Part shown: positions 9,734-23,511 of the stretch, piece after piece
Numbering within the stretch: position 1 is the stretch's first letter
Layout of the letters: each line of letters starts with the position of its first letter
Source of the DNA: Armatimonadota bacterium
Lineage (GTDB): Bacteria > Armatimonadota > Fimbriimonadia > Fimbriimonadales > GBS-DC
DNA: 64,000 nucleotides
Direction: 5' to 3'
Assembly (NCBI GenBank): GCA_037444405.1
Contig: JBBIML010000009.1
Coordinates: 150,146-214,145 of the forward strand
Notes under the pieces: generated by a model
The model's input: only the letters and a program-made list of their open reading frames with translations
Told to the model about the DNA's origin: nothing
The model's database searches: none
Program-made: the position numbers and the translations under genes

Positions 9734-10945
9734 ATGGCGACCTTTCGGTATGTGGCGCGCGACCCGAACGGTCAGGAGGTGCGCGGCACGGTGCAGGCGT
9801 CTTCGCGACTGGAGGCGAGCGACCAGATTCGCGCGAAGGGCTACTGGCTGCTGGAGCTGTACGCGGTGTCTGAACCGACGGGCGTGCCGCGCGAGGTGTC
9901 GCGCTCCGATGCGCCGCCCATCTTTGGGGGCGTGCCGCTGAAGGAGCTGGCAATCTTTTTCCGTCAGCTGGCGACGATGTTGAGCGCGGGCGTGCCCATC
10001 TATCAGGCGCTGAACACGCTGGGCAACCAGCGTCGCCATCCGCGTCTGCGCCGTGCCATCCTCGATATCCGCGACGCCGTGCTGGCGGGCGAATCGATCA
10101 GCGATGCGTTTGACCGCCATCCCACCATCTTTTCGCCGATTATCCGCGCGATGATTCGGGTGGGCACGGAGGGCGGCGTGCTGGAACAGTGTCTGCGCCA
10201 GATTGCCGACTATCTGGAGAACGAGCTGGAGCTGCGCCGACTGCTCAGCCGCGTCACTTTCTATCCGAAGCTGGTGCTGGCGCTGATGGTGCCGATCCTG
10301 ATGGCGCCAAGCTTCGTGCTGCGCCTGATGGGTCGCACAAGCGGGAGCGCGCTCACCGACACGCTGGCGGGCTTCGCAGCGACGGTCATCGGCACAGCTA
10401 TTATCGCGGTAGCCGCCTTATGGCTGGCGTTTCGGATTGCCCTGCGCGCGCAGAGCTTCCGCTGGCTGTGGGGGCTGATAACGGTCTCCATCCCCTGGCT
10501 GGGTTTCACATTGCGTCAGCTCGCGCTGGCGCGGTTCGGGCGAGCGATGAGCGCGCTCTATAATGCGGGACTGCCCCTCTCTCAGGCGATTCGCATCGCG
10601 GCGGACGCCTGCGGAAATGAGTACCTCGCCAGCCAGCTGAAACCTGCCGCCTCCCGAATCGAAGCGGGCATCGGCATCACACAGAGCCTGCAGGAATCGC
10701 GCGTGCTGCCCCAGATGGTGATGGATATGGTCGCGACGGGCGAGAACACGGGCGAGCTGGGCTTCATGATGGAGAAGTTCGCCGAATATTACGAGGAGGA
10801 GGGCAAGGTACGCTCCCATCAGGCGGGCTACATCTTCGGCGTGCTGATCTACCTGATGGTCGCCATCTTCGTGCTGATTGTTCTTATCACTTTTTATACA
10901 TCCTATTTCGCGGGTCTCTTCTCGCAGGCTGGCGGTGGACCGTAG
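9734..10945 (+). CDS. Type II secretion F / type IV pilus platform protein (PilC/GspF family)
   Basis: MATFRYVARD N-terminus, FFRQLATMLSAGVPI, GENTGEL; two T2SSF domains and three TM helices. Confidence 0.92.
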   Translation: MATFRYVARDPNGQEVRGTVQASSRLEASDQIRAKGYWLLELYAVSEPTGVPREVSRSDAPPIFGGVPLKELAIFFRQLATMLSAGVPIYQALNTLGNQRRHPRLRRAILDIRDAVLAGESISDAFDRHPTIFSPIIRAMIRVGTEGGVLEQCLRQIADYLENELELRRLLSRVTFYPKLVLALMVPILMAPSFVLRLMGRTSGSALTDTLAGFAATVIGTAIIAVAALWLAFRIALRAQSFRWLWGLITVSIPWLGFTLRQLALARFGRAMSALYNAGLPLSQAIRIAADACGNEYLASQLKPAASRIEAGIGITQSLQESRVLPQMVMDMVATGENTGELGFMMEKFAEYYEEEGKVRSHQAGYIFGVLIYLMVAIFVLIVLITFYTSYFAGLFSQAGGGP

Positions 10946-10954
10946 GGGTGCGTC

Positions 10955-12094
10955 ATGCGGCAGAACCACTATGAGGTGCTGGGCTTGCCGATGAGCGCGA
11001 CGCCAGAGCAGATCCGCAAGCGGTATCGCGAGCTGGTGCGCCGCTACCATCCCGATGTGAACCCTGCACCCGACGCGAAGGAGCAGTTTTTGCGCATTCA
11101 GGAGGCGTATCAGGTGCTGTCGGATCCGGAGCGGCGGCGGCACTACGATGCCTTACTGCGCCTGCAGAGCCAGAGCGCGTTGTCGGGCACGGCTCGCCCC
11201 GCGCGTCCGTCCAGCGGTTCGACCCGTCCCCCGACGCAAACAGGCGCATCCCGTTCAGCGGCTTCGAGCGAGGAGGCACGTCGCGCGATTTATGAGGCGG
11301 AGCGCGCCTTCCTGCAGGGGCGCCTGCGCGACGCCCTGCACTGGGCGCGGCAGGCAACCCGTCTGCAACCGCGAATGGCACAGGGCTACATCATTATGGG
11401 TGATGTGTACCGCATGCAGGGGCACATCGACGCTGCGCTGAACGCCTACACCTACGCGCTGCAATTAGACCCACACAATGCTGACCTTCAACGCAAGTTC
11501 GAGCGGCTGGCGAGCATGGCACGCTCGGCACCGCCGCCTGCCGCGCCGATGCGACGGGTGAACCTGCCCGTGCTGATGTTGCCCGCCGAGTGGCGCCTCT
11601 ACGCGGCGCAGTCGCTCGGCTGGGGCACGGTGCTGTTTCTTATTGCGCTCAGCGCGACAGTGCCGGGCGAACCCGCCGCGCTGTTCCGATGGCTGCCGAT
11701 GATTGCCACATGGAGCTGGAACCTGTTGCTCTATCTGGGACTGGCGGGGCTGTTGACAGGTTTTCTGCTGAGCGTCAGTCGCTGGGTGTCGCCTCTGGAA
11801 GACGCGCTGCCCTGGCGGAGCTATGGGGCGCGGCTGTCGGCGGGGGGCGTGCTGGTGGTTCTGGCGATGCTCTGCTTTCCGCTCGCCGCGCTGCTCTATA
11901 CGCTGTACGGGCTATTGCAGAGCGGGCTGAACAGCTCCATCTCGCGCACCTTCGGGGCAGTGGGCGCACTCACCTTGCTGTTCGCCCTCGCCTACCCGCA
12001 CGACACCCTGCAAACCCTGCTGTTTGGCGGCAACTTGCTGTTTCTGACCCACCTGGCAGGCTGGTCGTTGGGCGACAGCTTCCAGCAGGCTTGA
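10955..12094 (+). CDS. J-domain protein with TPR repeats and a C-terminal multi-pass membrane domain
   Basis: NHYEVLGL...YHPDVN HPD motif, TPR-like helices, about six hydrophobic segments. Confidence 0.88.
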   Translation: MRQNHYEVLGLPMSATPEQIRKRYRELVRRYHPDVNPAPDAKEQFLRIQEAYQVLSDPERRRHYDALLRLQSQSALSGTARPARPSSGSTRPPTQTGASRSAASSEEARRAIYEAERAFLQGRLRDALHWARQATRLQPRMAQGYIIMGDVYRMQGHIDAALNAYTYALQLDPHNADLQRKFERLASMARSAPPPAAPMRRVNLPVLMLPAEWRLYAAQSLGWGTVLFLIALSATVPGEPAALFRWLPMIATWSWNLLLYLGLAGLLTGFLLSVSRWVSPLEDALPWRSYGARLSAGGVLVVLAMLCFPLAALLYTLYGLLQSGLNSSISRTFGAVGALTLLFALAYPHDTLQTLLFGGNLLFLTHLAGWSLGDSFQQA

Positions 12095-12095
12095 T

Positions 12096-12467
12096 TCACT
12101 GATTGCGTTGCTGGAGTTGCTGCTTGAGCTGCTGCAGTTCGCGTTCCAGCTGTTCGCGCGCCTGGCGTTCAGCTTCTGCCTGGCGCTGCGCCTCTTCGGC
12201 TTGCTGGCGAGCTTCTTCGGCTTGCTGGCGAGCTTCTTCGGCGAGCCGAAGCGCGGCTTCGGTGGGGTGGGGCACCAGCTCGCCATCAGGCGTATAGAAT
12301 CGGAGCCACACACCGCGAATGCGCTGGAACTCGCCCTCCCAGATGCCCAGCCACAACCCCAGCACCTCGCTCCAGAGCCAGCCGCGCTCGTTGGGCGCAA
12401 TCGCGATATACTCTCCATCCACCAGCCGCCAGCCAACCAGCCAGCGACGCTTGCGGTCAAAGCAGTC
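12096..12467 (-). pseudogene. 5'-truncated Uma2 (DUF820) endonuclease gene; only the C-terminal part and coiled-coil tail remain
   Basis: CFDRKRRWLVGWRL...WLWSEVLGLWLG...WLRFYTPDGELVP plus AEEARQQ tail; no PD..EVxS catalytic half; begins immediately after a GGTACAAT box. Confidence 0.72.
12193..12242. repeat. Perfect 21-nt tandem repeat (2.4 copies) encoding the AEEARQQ heptad
   Basis: TCTTCGGCTTGCTGGCGAGCT at 12193 and 12214, partial copy at 12235. Confidence 0.9.
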
Positions 12468-12537
12468 TCGATTGTACCCTGATCCCTCTTCTAAATGCGC
12501 CAGCACATCGATGCCGCCCCTGCAACTGTAACGGCTC

Positions 12538-14277
12538 CTATCTGCCGAAGTCGAATAGAACCAGCAGCAGGTCGGTCTCGTCGACCGCGCCGTCGAGGTT
12601 CACATCGGCAGCAGGGTCCGCGTCAGGTGCGCCAAGCGCGAGCAATACACGCATCAGATCGCTCTCGCCCACAGCGCCATCGCCGTCCACATCCGATAAA
12701 TAGATCACAACAGTCAGTTCGCCCTCAATACAGCGTTCGGGCGGGGTATCGGGTGACCAGAGGAAGTTGCCGCAGTTGTAGGGCGAGCAGATAGGCGTCC
12801 GGTTGGGCGGGATCGTGCCCACACTCGCCGTGCCCAGGATCGTCGGACCCACATAGCCCAAACCGCCGACCCCGCAGTTCAAATCCACCTGCAGGGGCTG
12901 ACCACTGAGCCGAACCGCGTCGTTGTTCAGCACCTGTCGCCGCGCCCCCAGCGTCAGCGTGCTGCCCGACACCGTCACCTCCCGAATCTCATAGTGCAGG
13001 TGAGGACCAGTGGAGCTGCCCGTGCTGCCCAGCCGCGCAATCGGCTGACCCCCTGCTACCTGCGTGCCGTTGTCCGTCAGGAAATGGTTCAGATGAGCGT
13101 AGATAGTCGCCAGATAGGTGTTGCTGGTGCCGCTGACAGGCACATCGCTCAACACAATCACATAATTGCCGTAGCCCGTGCAGCCGCTCTGCGCACGGTT
13201 GTAGGCGCGTCCCGCGTGGGAGGCGAGCAGCACCTCGTTGCAGTCCTGCAGCCAGCCGCTCGTGTAGGGGCAACTGGTTCGGGGCGACGCAGCGCGGTTG
13301 AAATCGACCGCGTTCAGCATGTTACCGCCGCCGTGCCCGTCGTAGGTGGAGGGCGTCCAGTATTGACCCTGCCGCCACGGCGCCACCAGATTCAGCAAAA
13401 ACTGCTCCTCACTGCTGCGATAGACGGCACGCAGGCGCTCGTTCTGGGTCAGGTAAAGCGTGATGGTGCGGCTGGTGGTGTAGGGTGCGCCGTTGCGTTC
13501 CCATTGCACGAACAGGCTGCCGTCGGGCGCGGTCTCTGGCGCGGTGAGCGTTATCGAAGTGCCGCTCACATACATCAGCGTCGCGGGCGGGCTGATGGCG
13601 CCCGATGCGGGACTGCCCTGCAAATCGCGCGGGCTGACTGTGATGGCGACGCCGCTCACGCTCGATTCGAGGCTCAGGCTGTGAATCGGGCGCACATCGC
13701 CGATTTTCGTGAGGTAGACCCCGCTGAACAGGCGCGAGTCGGCAGACCAGCCCACCTGACCCCCGTTCGAATCGTCCCAGCGAATCTTCCACCAGACCAG
13801 CCGATTGGCGGTGTCGATCACCACCTGATATGCCCAGCCCGTTGCGCCTGCGGGCTTCTGCGTGAGAATGCCGTAGTTCAGCCCGGGACCGGTGCGCACA
13901 TTCAGGGGGCTGCCATCGGGCGTGACCTGCACCGGATACGCGCCCGAAGTGGTGATGTTCGGATAAACACCCGCGCCCGGCAAAGGCAGCAGCTGCTGAC
14001 GGTTCAGCCGCCGCTCGGCAGACCAGCCACGCTGCCCATTTGACCATTCAATCCGCCACCATGCGGTTCGGTCGCAGAAGTTGGGCGCAGTCAGCACAAG
14101 CCCGTCGGTACCGGCGGGCGGACCCACCTCGCGCAGAGCGCCGCACGCACGCACATGCACCCACAGCCGATGTCCGAGCAGCGTGATGCCCACACGGTCA
14201 CCCGGCTGAATGTCCTGCGCCCATGCGAGGGTCAGCATCCCGCCCAGCAGCAGAAGCCCAGCGCAATATCTGCCCAT
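12538..14277 (-). CDS. Secreted M23 family peptidase with SH3-like domains and C-terminal dockerin-like tag (start 14277 or 14292)
   Basis: Signal peptide ending AWA-Q, LNVRTGPGLNY SH3b-like motif, H..AVDF, YAHL, STGPHLHYE; ends DVDGDGAVGESDL...DVNLDGAVDETDLLLVLFDFGR. Confidence 0.88.
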   Translation of the reverse strand: MGRYCAGLLLLGGMLTLAWAQDIQPGDRVGITLLGHRLWVHVRACGALREVGPPAGTDGLVLTAPNFCDRTAWWRIEWSNGQRGWSAERRLNRQQLLPLPGAGVYPNITTSGAYPVQVTPDGSPLNVRTGPGLNYGILTQKPAGATGWAYQVVIDTANRLVWWKIRWDDSNGGQVGWSADSRLFSGVYLTKIGDVRPIHSLSLESSVSGVAITVSPRDLQGSPASGAISPPATLMYVSGTSITLTAPETAPDGSLFVQWERNGAPYTTSRTITLYLTQNERLRAVYRSSEEQFLLNLVAPWRQGQYWTPSTYDGHGGGNMLNAVDFNRAASPRTSCPYTSGWLQDCNEVLLASHAGRAYNRAQSGCTGYGNYVIVLSDVPVSGTSNTYLATIYAHLNHFLTDNGTQVAGGQPIARLGSTGSSTGPHLHYEIREVTVSGSTLTLGARRQVLNNDAVRLSGQPLQVDLNCGVGGLGYVGPTILGTASVGTIPPNRTPICSPYNCGNFLWSPDTPPERCIEGELTVVIYLSDVDGDGAVGESDLMRVLLALGAPDADPAADVNLDGAVDETDLLLVLFDFGR

Positions 14278-14367
14278 CACCTTTCGCCCCATCGCTCTGG
14301 GTGAATTATACACAAATTCCCCCATTGCGAGCGAGATGGGATGTGAATATTCCACCTGCTTGGTGGA

Positions 14368-16581
14368 ATGACTCTATTGATGGCAGATCGGCGCTCAGAG
14401 CAGAATCAGCGGTGCAGACGAGCGAAGCGGGCATGCAGGCGGGATCGCGAATCTGCGAATCAATTCTGCCCGCTGAACCCCGACTATCTGCTGCTGGCTA
14501 TTGAAAATTCACCCTCCTCCATCTTCATCACCGATAAGCAGTTTCGCATCCAATATGTGAACCCGGGCTTCACCCGAATAACGGGCTACACGCCAGAGGA
14601 GGCGATCGGTCAGAACCCGCGCATTCTCAAGAGTGGCTTTATGCCGCGAGACTATTATCGCGAGCTATTTCAGACGATTCAGCGGGGTGAGGTTTTTCGC
14701 GGGCGCGTGCTGAATCGGCGCAAAGGCACGCCTGTTCGGACGCCTGAAAACCCTGCCGTCGAGTTCAGCCCGACCACCCACTTCTGGGCAGAGGTGGTCA
14801 TCTCGCCTGTCAAAAATCGGCAGGGCGAGATCATCGGCTACCTCGCGATTCAGCATGAGATCACTCAGCGCGTGATGGCGGAGCAGGAGCTGGAGCTGCG
14901 CCTGAAGATAGAGAACAACCTTTCGGAGGTCGCCTTCATTATGCAGTCGTTCGACCCGCTGGAGCGCCGTTTCCAGCGCATCATTCAGCGGGTGGCAGAA
15001 ATCGAGCCGTTGCGCTTTTCGGGCGTGTGGCTGGCGTGGCAACTGGATGGGCAACAATTGCGTCTGGTGGCGCATACCGAGGGACTGCCTGAAGAGTTTC
15101 TGAATCGGTGGCGCGCGCTGAGCCGGGAAGAGTGGCTTCCAGATCTGCCAGAACCGCGCCCGCTGCTGATTCACGAACAGGGCTGTGCGCGACTGGCATG
15201 GGCAATACCGCTGCAATGGATGGGGCAGGAGATGGGGCTGATGATACTGTTCACCGAGCATTGTCAGCCCGTGTCTACGCCGCCTGTGCTGATTTTCTAC
15301 CTGCGGCGGCTGGGCGAGCTGATAGGAAGCGCGATGACCATCGAGTCGTCGATGGCGACCCTGCGGCAGGCGAAGGAGCAGGCAGAGCAGCTGGCGCGAG
15401 CGCGCTCTGGGTTCCTCGCCAATATGAGCCACGAGATTCGCACGCCGATGAACGGCGTGCTGGGCATGCTTCAGCTGCTGGCACAGACGACCCTTTCCGA
15501 TGAACAGCGCGACCTGCTTGCCACTGCCCAGCGTAGCGCCGAGCATCTGATGGACCTGCTGAACGATATTCTCAACCTCGCCAAGTTTGAAGCGGGACAG
15601 ATACGGCTGGAGAGCGTGCCCATCAATCTGCGCACCTTGCTGGAGGAGGTCGTCGGCATGGTTTTGCCGCAGGCTCAGCTCAAGCGCCTGCAGCTGCGCT
15701 CGGAGGTGCTGACCAATCAACCGCTTGTGGTGCTGGCGGATCCGCTCCGCCTGCGACAGGTTCTGCTCAATCTGCTGGGCAACGCCATCAAATTCACCGA
15801 ACAGGGCGCGGTGGTCGCGCGCGTGCGCCTGCTAAACGCCTGCGATTCGCACCTGCACCTGCGCTTCGAGGTGCAGGATACCGGCATTGGCATCCCGCCC
15901 GAAAAACGATTCGCTATTTTTGAGCCGTTCCGTCAGGCGGACAGCTCTACCACCCGCCGCTACGGCGGCACAGGGCTGGGACTGGCAATCTGCAAAAAGA
16001 TTATCGATCTCTACGGTGGAACCATCGATGTGGAATCGGAGGTGGGTCAGGGCAGCACCTTCTGGTTTGAACTCCAGCTGCCAGTTGCGCAGTTGCCTGC
16101 CCAGCCCCAGCCCGCATCTGTCGCTGAGACGCTCATAGCCGACCTCACAGGGCTTCGCGTGCTGGTGGTGGAGGATAACGCGGTCAATCAGAAGGTGGTG
16201 GCGCGCATGCTGGAGCGGTGGGGCGTTCAGTATGTGATTGCCAGTAATGGACGTGAGGCGCTGGAGAAGCTCCAGCAGGAGACCTTCCAGATCGTGCTGA
16301 TGGACTGCCAGATGCCTGAGATGGACGGCTATGAGGCGACGCGCCGCTTGCGCGAGCGCGAACGGGCAGATGCCAGCCAGCCTCACATCCCCGTTATCGC
16401 GCTCACCGCGAACGCCCTCCCCGAAGACGAACAACGCTGCCTTGATGCGGGCATGGACGACTACCTCGCCAAGCCCATCAAGCCCGACCTGCTCCATCAG
16501 AAGCTGGTCTACTGGAGCCAGCGCTGCACGCAAGGCTCTCCATCCAGCAAGGACGCCCTGCCGCCACCAAAGGCTGCATGA
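14368..16581 (+). CDS. Hybrid sensor histidine kinase (PAS-GAF-like-HisKA-HATPase-REC); start uncertain
   Basis: [31 protein letters not shown]-box, [31 protein letters not shown] receiver. Confidence 0.95.
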   Translation: MTLLMADRRSEQNQRCRRAKRACRRDRESANQFCPLNPDYLLLAIENSPSSIFITDKQFRIQYVNPGFTRITGYTPEEAIGQNPRILKSGFMPRDYYRELFQTIQRGEVFRGRVLNRRKGTPVRTPENPAVEFSPTTHFWAEVVISPVKNRQGEIIGYLAIQHEITQRVMAEQELELRLKIENNLSEVAFIMQSFDPLERRFQRIIQRVAEIEPLRFSGVWLAWQLDGQQLRLVAHTEGLPEEFLNRWRALSREEWLPDLPEPRPLLIHEQGCARLAWAIPLQWMGQEMGLMILFTEHCQPVSTPPVLIFYLRRLGELIGSAMTIESSMATLRQAKEQAEQLARARSGFLANMSHEIRTPMNGVLGMLQLLAQTTLSDEQRDLLATAQRSAEHLMDLLNDILNLAKFEAGQIRLESVPINLRTLLEEVVGMVLPQAQLKRLQLRSEVLTNQPLVVLADPLRLRQVLLNLLGNAIKFTEQGAVVARVRLLNACDSHLHLRFEVQDTGIGIPPEKRFAIFEPFRQADSSTTRRYGGTGLGLAICKKIIDLYGGTIDVESEVGQGSTFWFELQLPVAQLPAQPQPASVAETLIADLTGLRVLVVEDNAVNQKVVARMLERWGVQYVIASNGREALEKLQQETFQIVLMDCQMPEMDGYEATRRLRERERADASQPHIPVIALTANALPEDEQRCLDAGMDDYLAKPIKPDLLHQKLVYWSQRCTQGSPSSKDALPPPKAA

Positions 16582-16653
16582 GCAGGATTCGCTCCACACC
16601 AACCACCCCCTCCCCTGCATACGGGGCTGGAGAGGGTACAGCCATTAAGCAGG

Positions 16654-19557
16654 TTAGCAGCCTGTGCCAAAGTTGAACAGCACGATGAGCAGGTCTGCAT
16701 CATCCACGATGCCATCGCCGTTCAGGTCTTCGGGCAACTCCGTGCCTGACTGACCGAAGGCGAACAGCACGCGCAGCAGATCGCTATCGTCTACACAGCC
16801 GTCGCCGTCTACATCGCCTGCACAGCGGGCTGGCGGCTCAAAGCGCAAGCCGTCCACCCACAGGGTAAAGCCGTTGCCCCATGTGTCGGCATGGATTTCG
16901 ATGGCGTTGATGTTGTCCAGCGACACTATGCCCGATTGCGTGCGTTGCCAGATGGCATCCCCGCTCAACGGGATGACAAACTCCCGCCACCGCCCAATGG
17001 CGTCGTTCAGCACATCGGTGATAGGGCGCAGCTCAATGTAGCCCTCACCGCTGTAAAGCCGAACCCATGGGGAACGCTCCTGAAAGCCGCCGTTGGGGTT
17101 AATCGCATAGCAATAAAGGCGAATGAACTGCACGCTGCTCAAATCCCAGCGAGCCAGCTGGTTGCCCGGGTAGCGGAGCCAGGTGTCGAGCCCGCTGGTC
17201 GTCTCCAGGCGAATAGAGCTGCGGCCCACCCGTCGGTGCGTGGTGTCGTTGACCACCTGTGCGTTGCCCTCGATAGTGCCCGCTTCCCAGTCGGCGGCGT
17301 TGTTATCGGTCAGCTCGGCAGGTGGGCAGCGCTGAACCGAGCCGCCCAGGCGCAGCCGCCGCTCAAAGGTCGCCACCTCGGTCTGACCCTGCCAGTATGC
17401 CACATTCACTTCGGGCAGATCGAGCCATGCGTAGTCACTGAAGCCGTCGTACTCCACCTTCATCAACAGCACGCCGTTCGTGCCCACCACATCGATGTAG
17501 CCGAAGGGATTGGGGCGCAGGCAGTCGCCATTATAGGCGCAGGGCGCAAGGGCGGGATCTATTGGCACATTCGGCAGGGTGTAGATGCCGTTCGCATCGG
17601 TGAAGCCCTGTGCCTTCACCTGCGGCGTGAGCACCTCGCCCAGCCCCGGACGCAGGCAGCGCTGATAGACCGTGACCCGTGCATTCGCCAGCGGCTGACC
17701 ATCCTGCCCGATAAAGCGCATCCGCACCGTCTGCGGCACTGAGTAGAGATACTGCCCGTAGTAGCCGTGCGCCTTGCCGTACCAGTGCCGCATCGCCAGC
17801 GCACTGTGCGCCGACAGGAACGGCGAGACCCCATTCATCAGGCACGCCACCGTGCGATACATCTGCCCGTTCACCTGATTATATGCGGGGTCTATATTCA
17901 GGCGATAGAGATCGATCAGCCCCAGCTGATGCCCCATCTCGTGCAGCAGCCCATAATCGATGTCGTCAGCGGGGCTGTAGTAGCCCGCCTGACGCAGATT
18001 GCCGTCTCCCGCCCGAAAGCGGAACGGGAATATCGCAAAGTAAATCGTCTCGATACTCGGGTCGGGATCGCTGTCCAGCAGGGTGTCCAGCACCTCATAA
18101 TGCACACGCTTGGGCGAGCCTGCCGCCGCAAACATCGCGTTGAAGCGAGCCATATGATGCTGGAGCCAGTCCAGAAAATCGTTCGTGACGGCGCTGGGGT
18201 AATTGCGGCTCTGCTCCCGAAAATCCTCTATATAAGAAGCGTCCACATAGGTGAGAAAGCCCACCGACTTCGCATACACAGCGAGCGAGTTGTTCGCGGG
18301 GCGCGAATCGTTCACATCCAGCACGAAGCGAATCTCGTGGTCCCCATCGTCCCAGACGCGGTTGAGGCTGAAAGTGCGCTTCTGCCAGGGCGACAGCACG
18401 AGCGTGAGCGTCTCCTGATGGACCGGTGTGCCATCCACCAGCCAGCGGATGGTGACGGTGCCGTTGAAGATGTTCGTGCCGCGATTGCGCACGGTGGCGG
18501 TATAGGTGACGGTGGAGCCGATAGCCGGCCAGCGCGGCGTGTTCTCATCCTGACCGCTACCCAGCCCTGTCGCGACGCTGAAAATGTAGGGACCGAACCC
18601 CGACGGCTCCGTGACTTCACGCACCTCATAGAGCGGGTCATAACGCGGGAAGCGCGGCGTGCGCGCGATGCTCACCACCTGCAGGTCGGTCTCATCGTAC
18701 GGCGTGCGCGGACCGATCGAGTTGACCTGTGTGGAGAGCGCACCGCTGGTCAACCGCACCGCGATCGCATAGTAATAGCTGGTTCCGTTGAGCGCGCTCG
18801 TGTCCACATAGTGGGTCTGCATGCGATCCGGGATCACCGCGATGGGCGTCATCCCCTCCACGCTGCTGAACGGCTGGGTTGAGCGATAGACCTCATACTG
18901 CTGGAAGGCGGGATAGCTCACCGCCTGCCAGTAGAGCGCAACCCTGTGATTGCCCGCGATCGCCATCTGATAGTTGGGCGGAAAGATGGGCAGATCAAAG
19001 CGCAAGCCATCGAGCCAGAAGCGGAACCCGCTGTCCCATGTGTCGGCATGAATCTCGATCCAGCGCACGCGGCTCAGGTCGGGGTTGCCCACGCGCGTGG
19101 TGCGCCAGATGCCGTAATCGGTGAATGGCACGCGCACCTCCAGCCACTGCCCGATCGCATCGTTCAGCAAATCATAGCGTGGCTGAATGCGTAGGTAGTC
19201 GCTGGCCGTCGTGTAGAGAATGATCGTGGGCGAAAAGTTTTGAAAACCGGGATTGGGGTTTTCCGCATAGACCCAGAACGCCATCCCGCCGATGTTGCTG
19301 AAGTCCCAGCTGGCGTTGCGGTCGATGGGCGCGAAAAGCCATGTGTCGAAGCCGCCGTTGGTGGTGAACAGCAGCGACGCCCTGCCGACCCGCACCCGCG
19401 CGGTGCTATCCTGCACGCTGGCGGATGCGTACTCCGCCCCGGCGCCCCACCGATACGCGCTAAACTCGGTCAACTCATCCGGCGCGGGCACTGACTGCGC
19501 CAGACAGACGCCCGCCATGCATGCCATCAGCCATAGCAAACCCGAAATCTTGTGCAT
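16654..19557 (-). CDS. Secreted zinc metallopeptidase-like protein: CBM-like domain, Fn3, CARDB-like Ig, HExxH domain, second CBM-like domain, dockerin-like tag
   Basis: SD GGGGAG before ATG at 19557, signal peptide, HEMGHQLGLIDLY, two homologous domains sharing LNDAIGxW and IEIHADTW, C-terminal GDVDGDGCVDDSDLL...LFNFGTGC. Confidence 0.8.
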   Translation of the reverse strand: MHKISGLLWLMACMAGVCLAQSVPAPDELTEFSAYRWGAGAEYASASVQDSTARVRVGRASLLFTTNGGFDTWLFAPIDRNASWDFSNIGGMAFWVYAENPNPGFQNFSPTIILYTTASDYLRIQPRYDLLNDAIGQWLEVRVPFTDYGIWRTTRVGNPDLSRVRWIEIHADTWDSGFRFWLDGLRFDLPIFPPNYQMAIAGNHRVALYWQAVSYPAFQQYEVYRSTQPFSSVEGMTPIAVIPDRMQTHYVDTSALNGTSYYYAIAVRLTSGALSTQVNSIGPRTPYDETDLQVVSIARTPRFPRYDPLYEVREVTEPSGFGPYIFSVATGLGSGQDENTPRWPAIGSTVTYTATVRNRGTNIFNGTVTIRWLVDGTPVHQETLTLVLSPWQKRTFSLNRVWDDGDHEIRFVLDVNDSRPANNSLAVYAKSVGFLTYVDASYIEDFREQSRNYPSAVTNDFLDWLQHHMARFNAMFAAAGSPKRVHYEVLDTLLDSDPDPSIETIYFAIFPFRFRAGDGNLRQAGYYSPADDIDYGLLHEMGHQLGLIDLYRLNIDPAYNQVNGQMYRTVACLMNGVSPFLSAHSALAMRHWYGKAHGYYGQYLYSVPQTVRMRFIGQDGQPLANARVTVYQRCLRPGLGEVLTPQVKAQGFTDANGIYTLPNVPIDPALAPCAYNGDCLRPNPFGYIDVVGTNGVLLMKVEYDGFSDYAWLDLPEVNVAYWQGQTEVATFERRLRLGGSVQRCPPAELTDNNAADWEAGTIEGNAQVVNDTTHRRVGRSSIRLETTSGLDTWLRYPGNQLARWDLSSVQFIRLYCYAINPNGGFQERSPWVRLYSGEGYIELRPITDVLNDAIGRWREFVIPLSGDAIWQRTQSGIVSLDNINAIEIHADTWGNGFTLWVDGLRFEPPARCAGDVDGDGCVDDSDLLRVLFAFGQSGTELPEDLNGDGIVDDADLLIVLFNFGTGC

Positions 19558-19634
19558 GTCAATCTCCCCGCAGCTATAGAATACCCCCACCGACCACAGA
19601 AAGCCGTCGGGTACAATACCTGCTGGAGGCAATC

Positions 19635-20021
19635 ATGGAGGTTCCGAGCGAACTGCGCTATTCCCGCACCGATGAGTGGGTGCGCGTGGAAGGGGATGAA
19701 GCCGTTATCGGCATCACCGATTACGCCCAGTCGGAGCTGGGCGATATCGTCTATCTGGAGCTGCCCGAAGTGGGACGCTACCTGCAACGGGAGGAGCCGT
19801 TCGGCGCCATCGAATCGGTGAAGGCAGCCTCCGACCTCTACGCGCCCGTTGAAGGCGAGGTCGTGGCAGTCAATAATGCCCTGCAAGCCGCCCTGGAGAC
19901 CATCAACGAAGACCCGTACGGCAGGGGCTGGCTCATCCGCATCCGCATGAAAGACCCTTCACAACTGGACACCCTGCTGTCCGCCGAAGAGTACCGACGC
20001 TTCCGCAACATTGAAGATTAG
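19635..20021 (+). CDS. gcvH: Glycine cleavage system H protein
   Basis: GITDYAQSELGDIVY, lipoyl motif IESVKAASDLYAP, NEDPYGRGW; SD GGAGG. Confidence 0.97.
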   Translation: MEVPSELRYSRTDEWVRVEGDEAVIGITDYAQSELGDIVYLELPEVGRYLQREEPFGAIESVKAASDLYAPVEGEVVAVNNALQAALETINEDPYGRGWLIRIRMKDPSQLDTLLSAEEYRRFRNIED

Positions 20022-20023
20022 CC

Positions 20024-23499
<3,476 letters not shown>

Positions 23500-23511
23500 C
23501 CTGCGCCCCGT

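Noticed and set aside
12193..12242. CRISPR array
   Set aside because: The repeats are adjacent with no spacers and encode a heptad; I found no repeat-spacer array or cas gene in the window.
19558..19634. Glycine riboswitch upstream of gcvH
   Set aside because: Only 77 nt shared by two divergent promoters, with no aptamer consensus.
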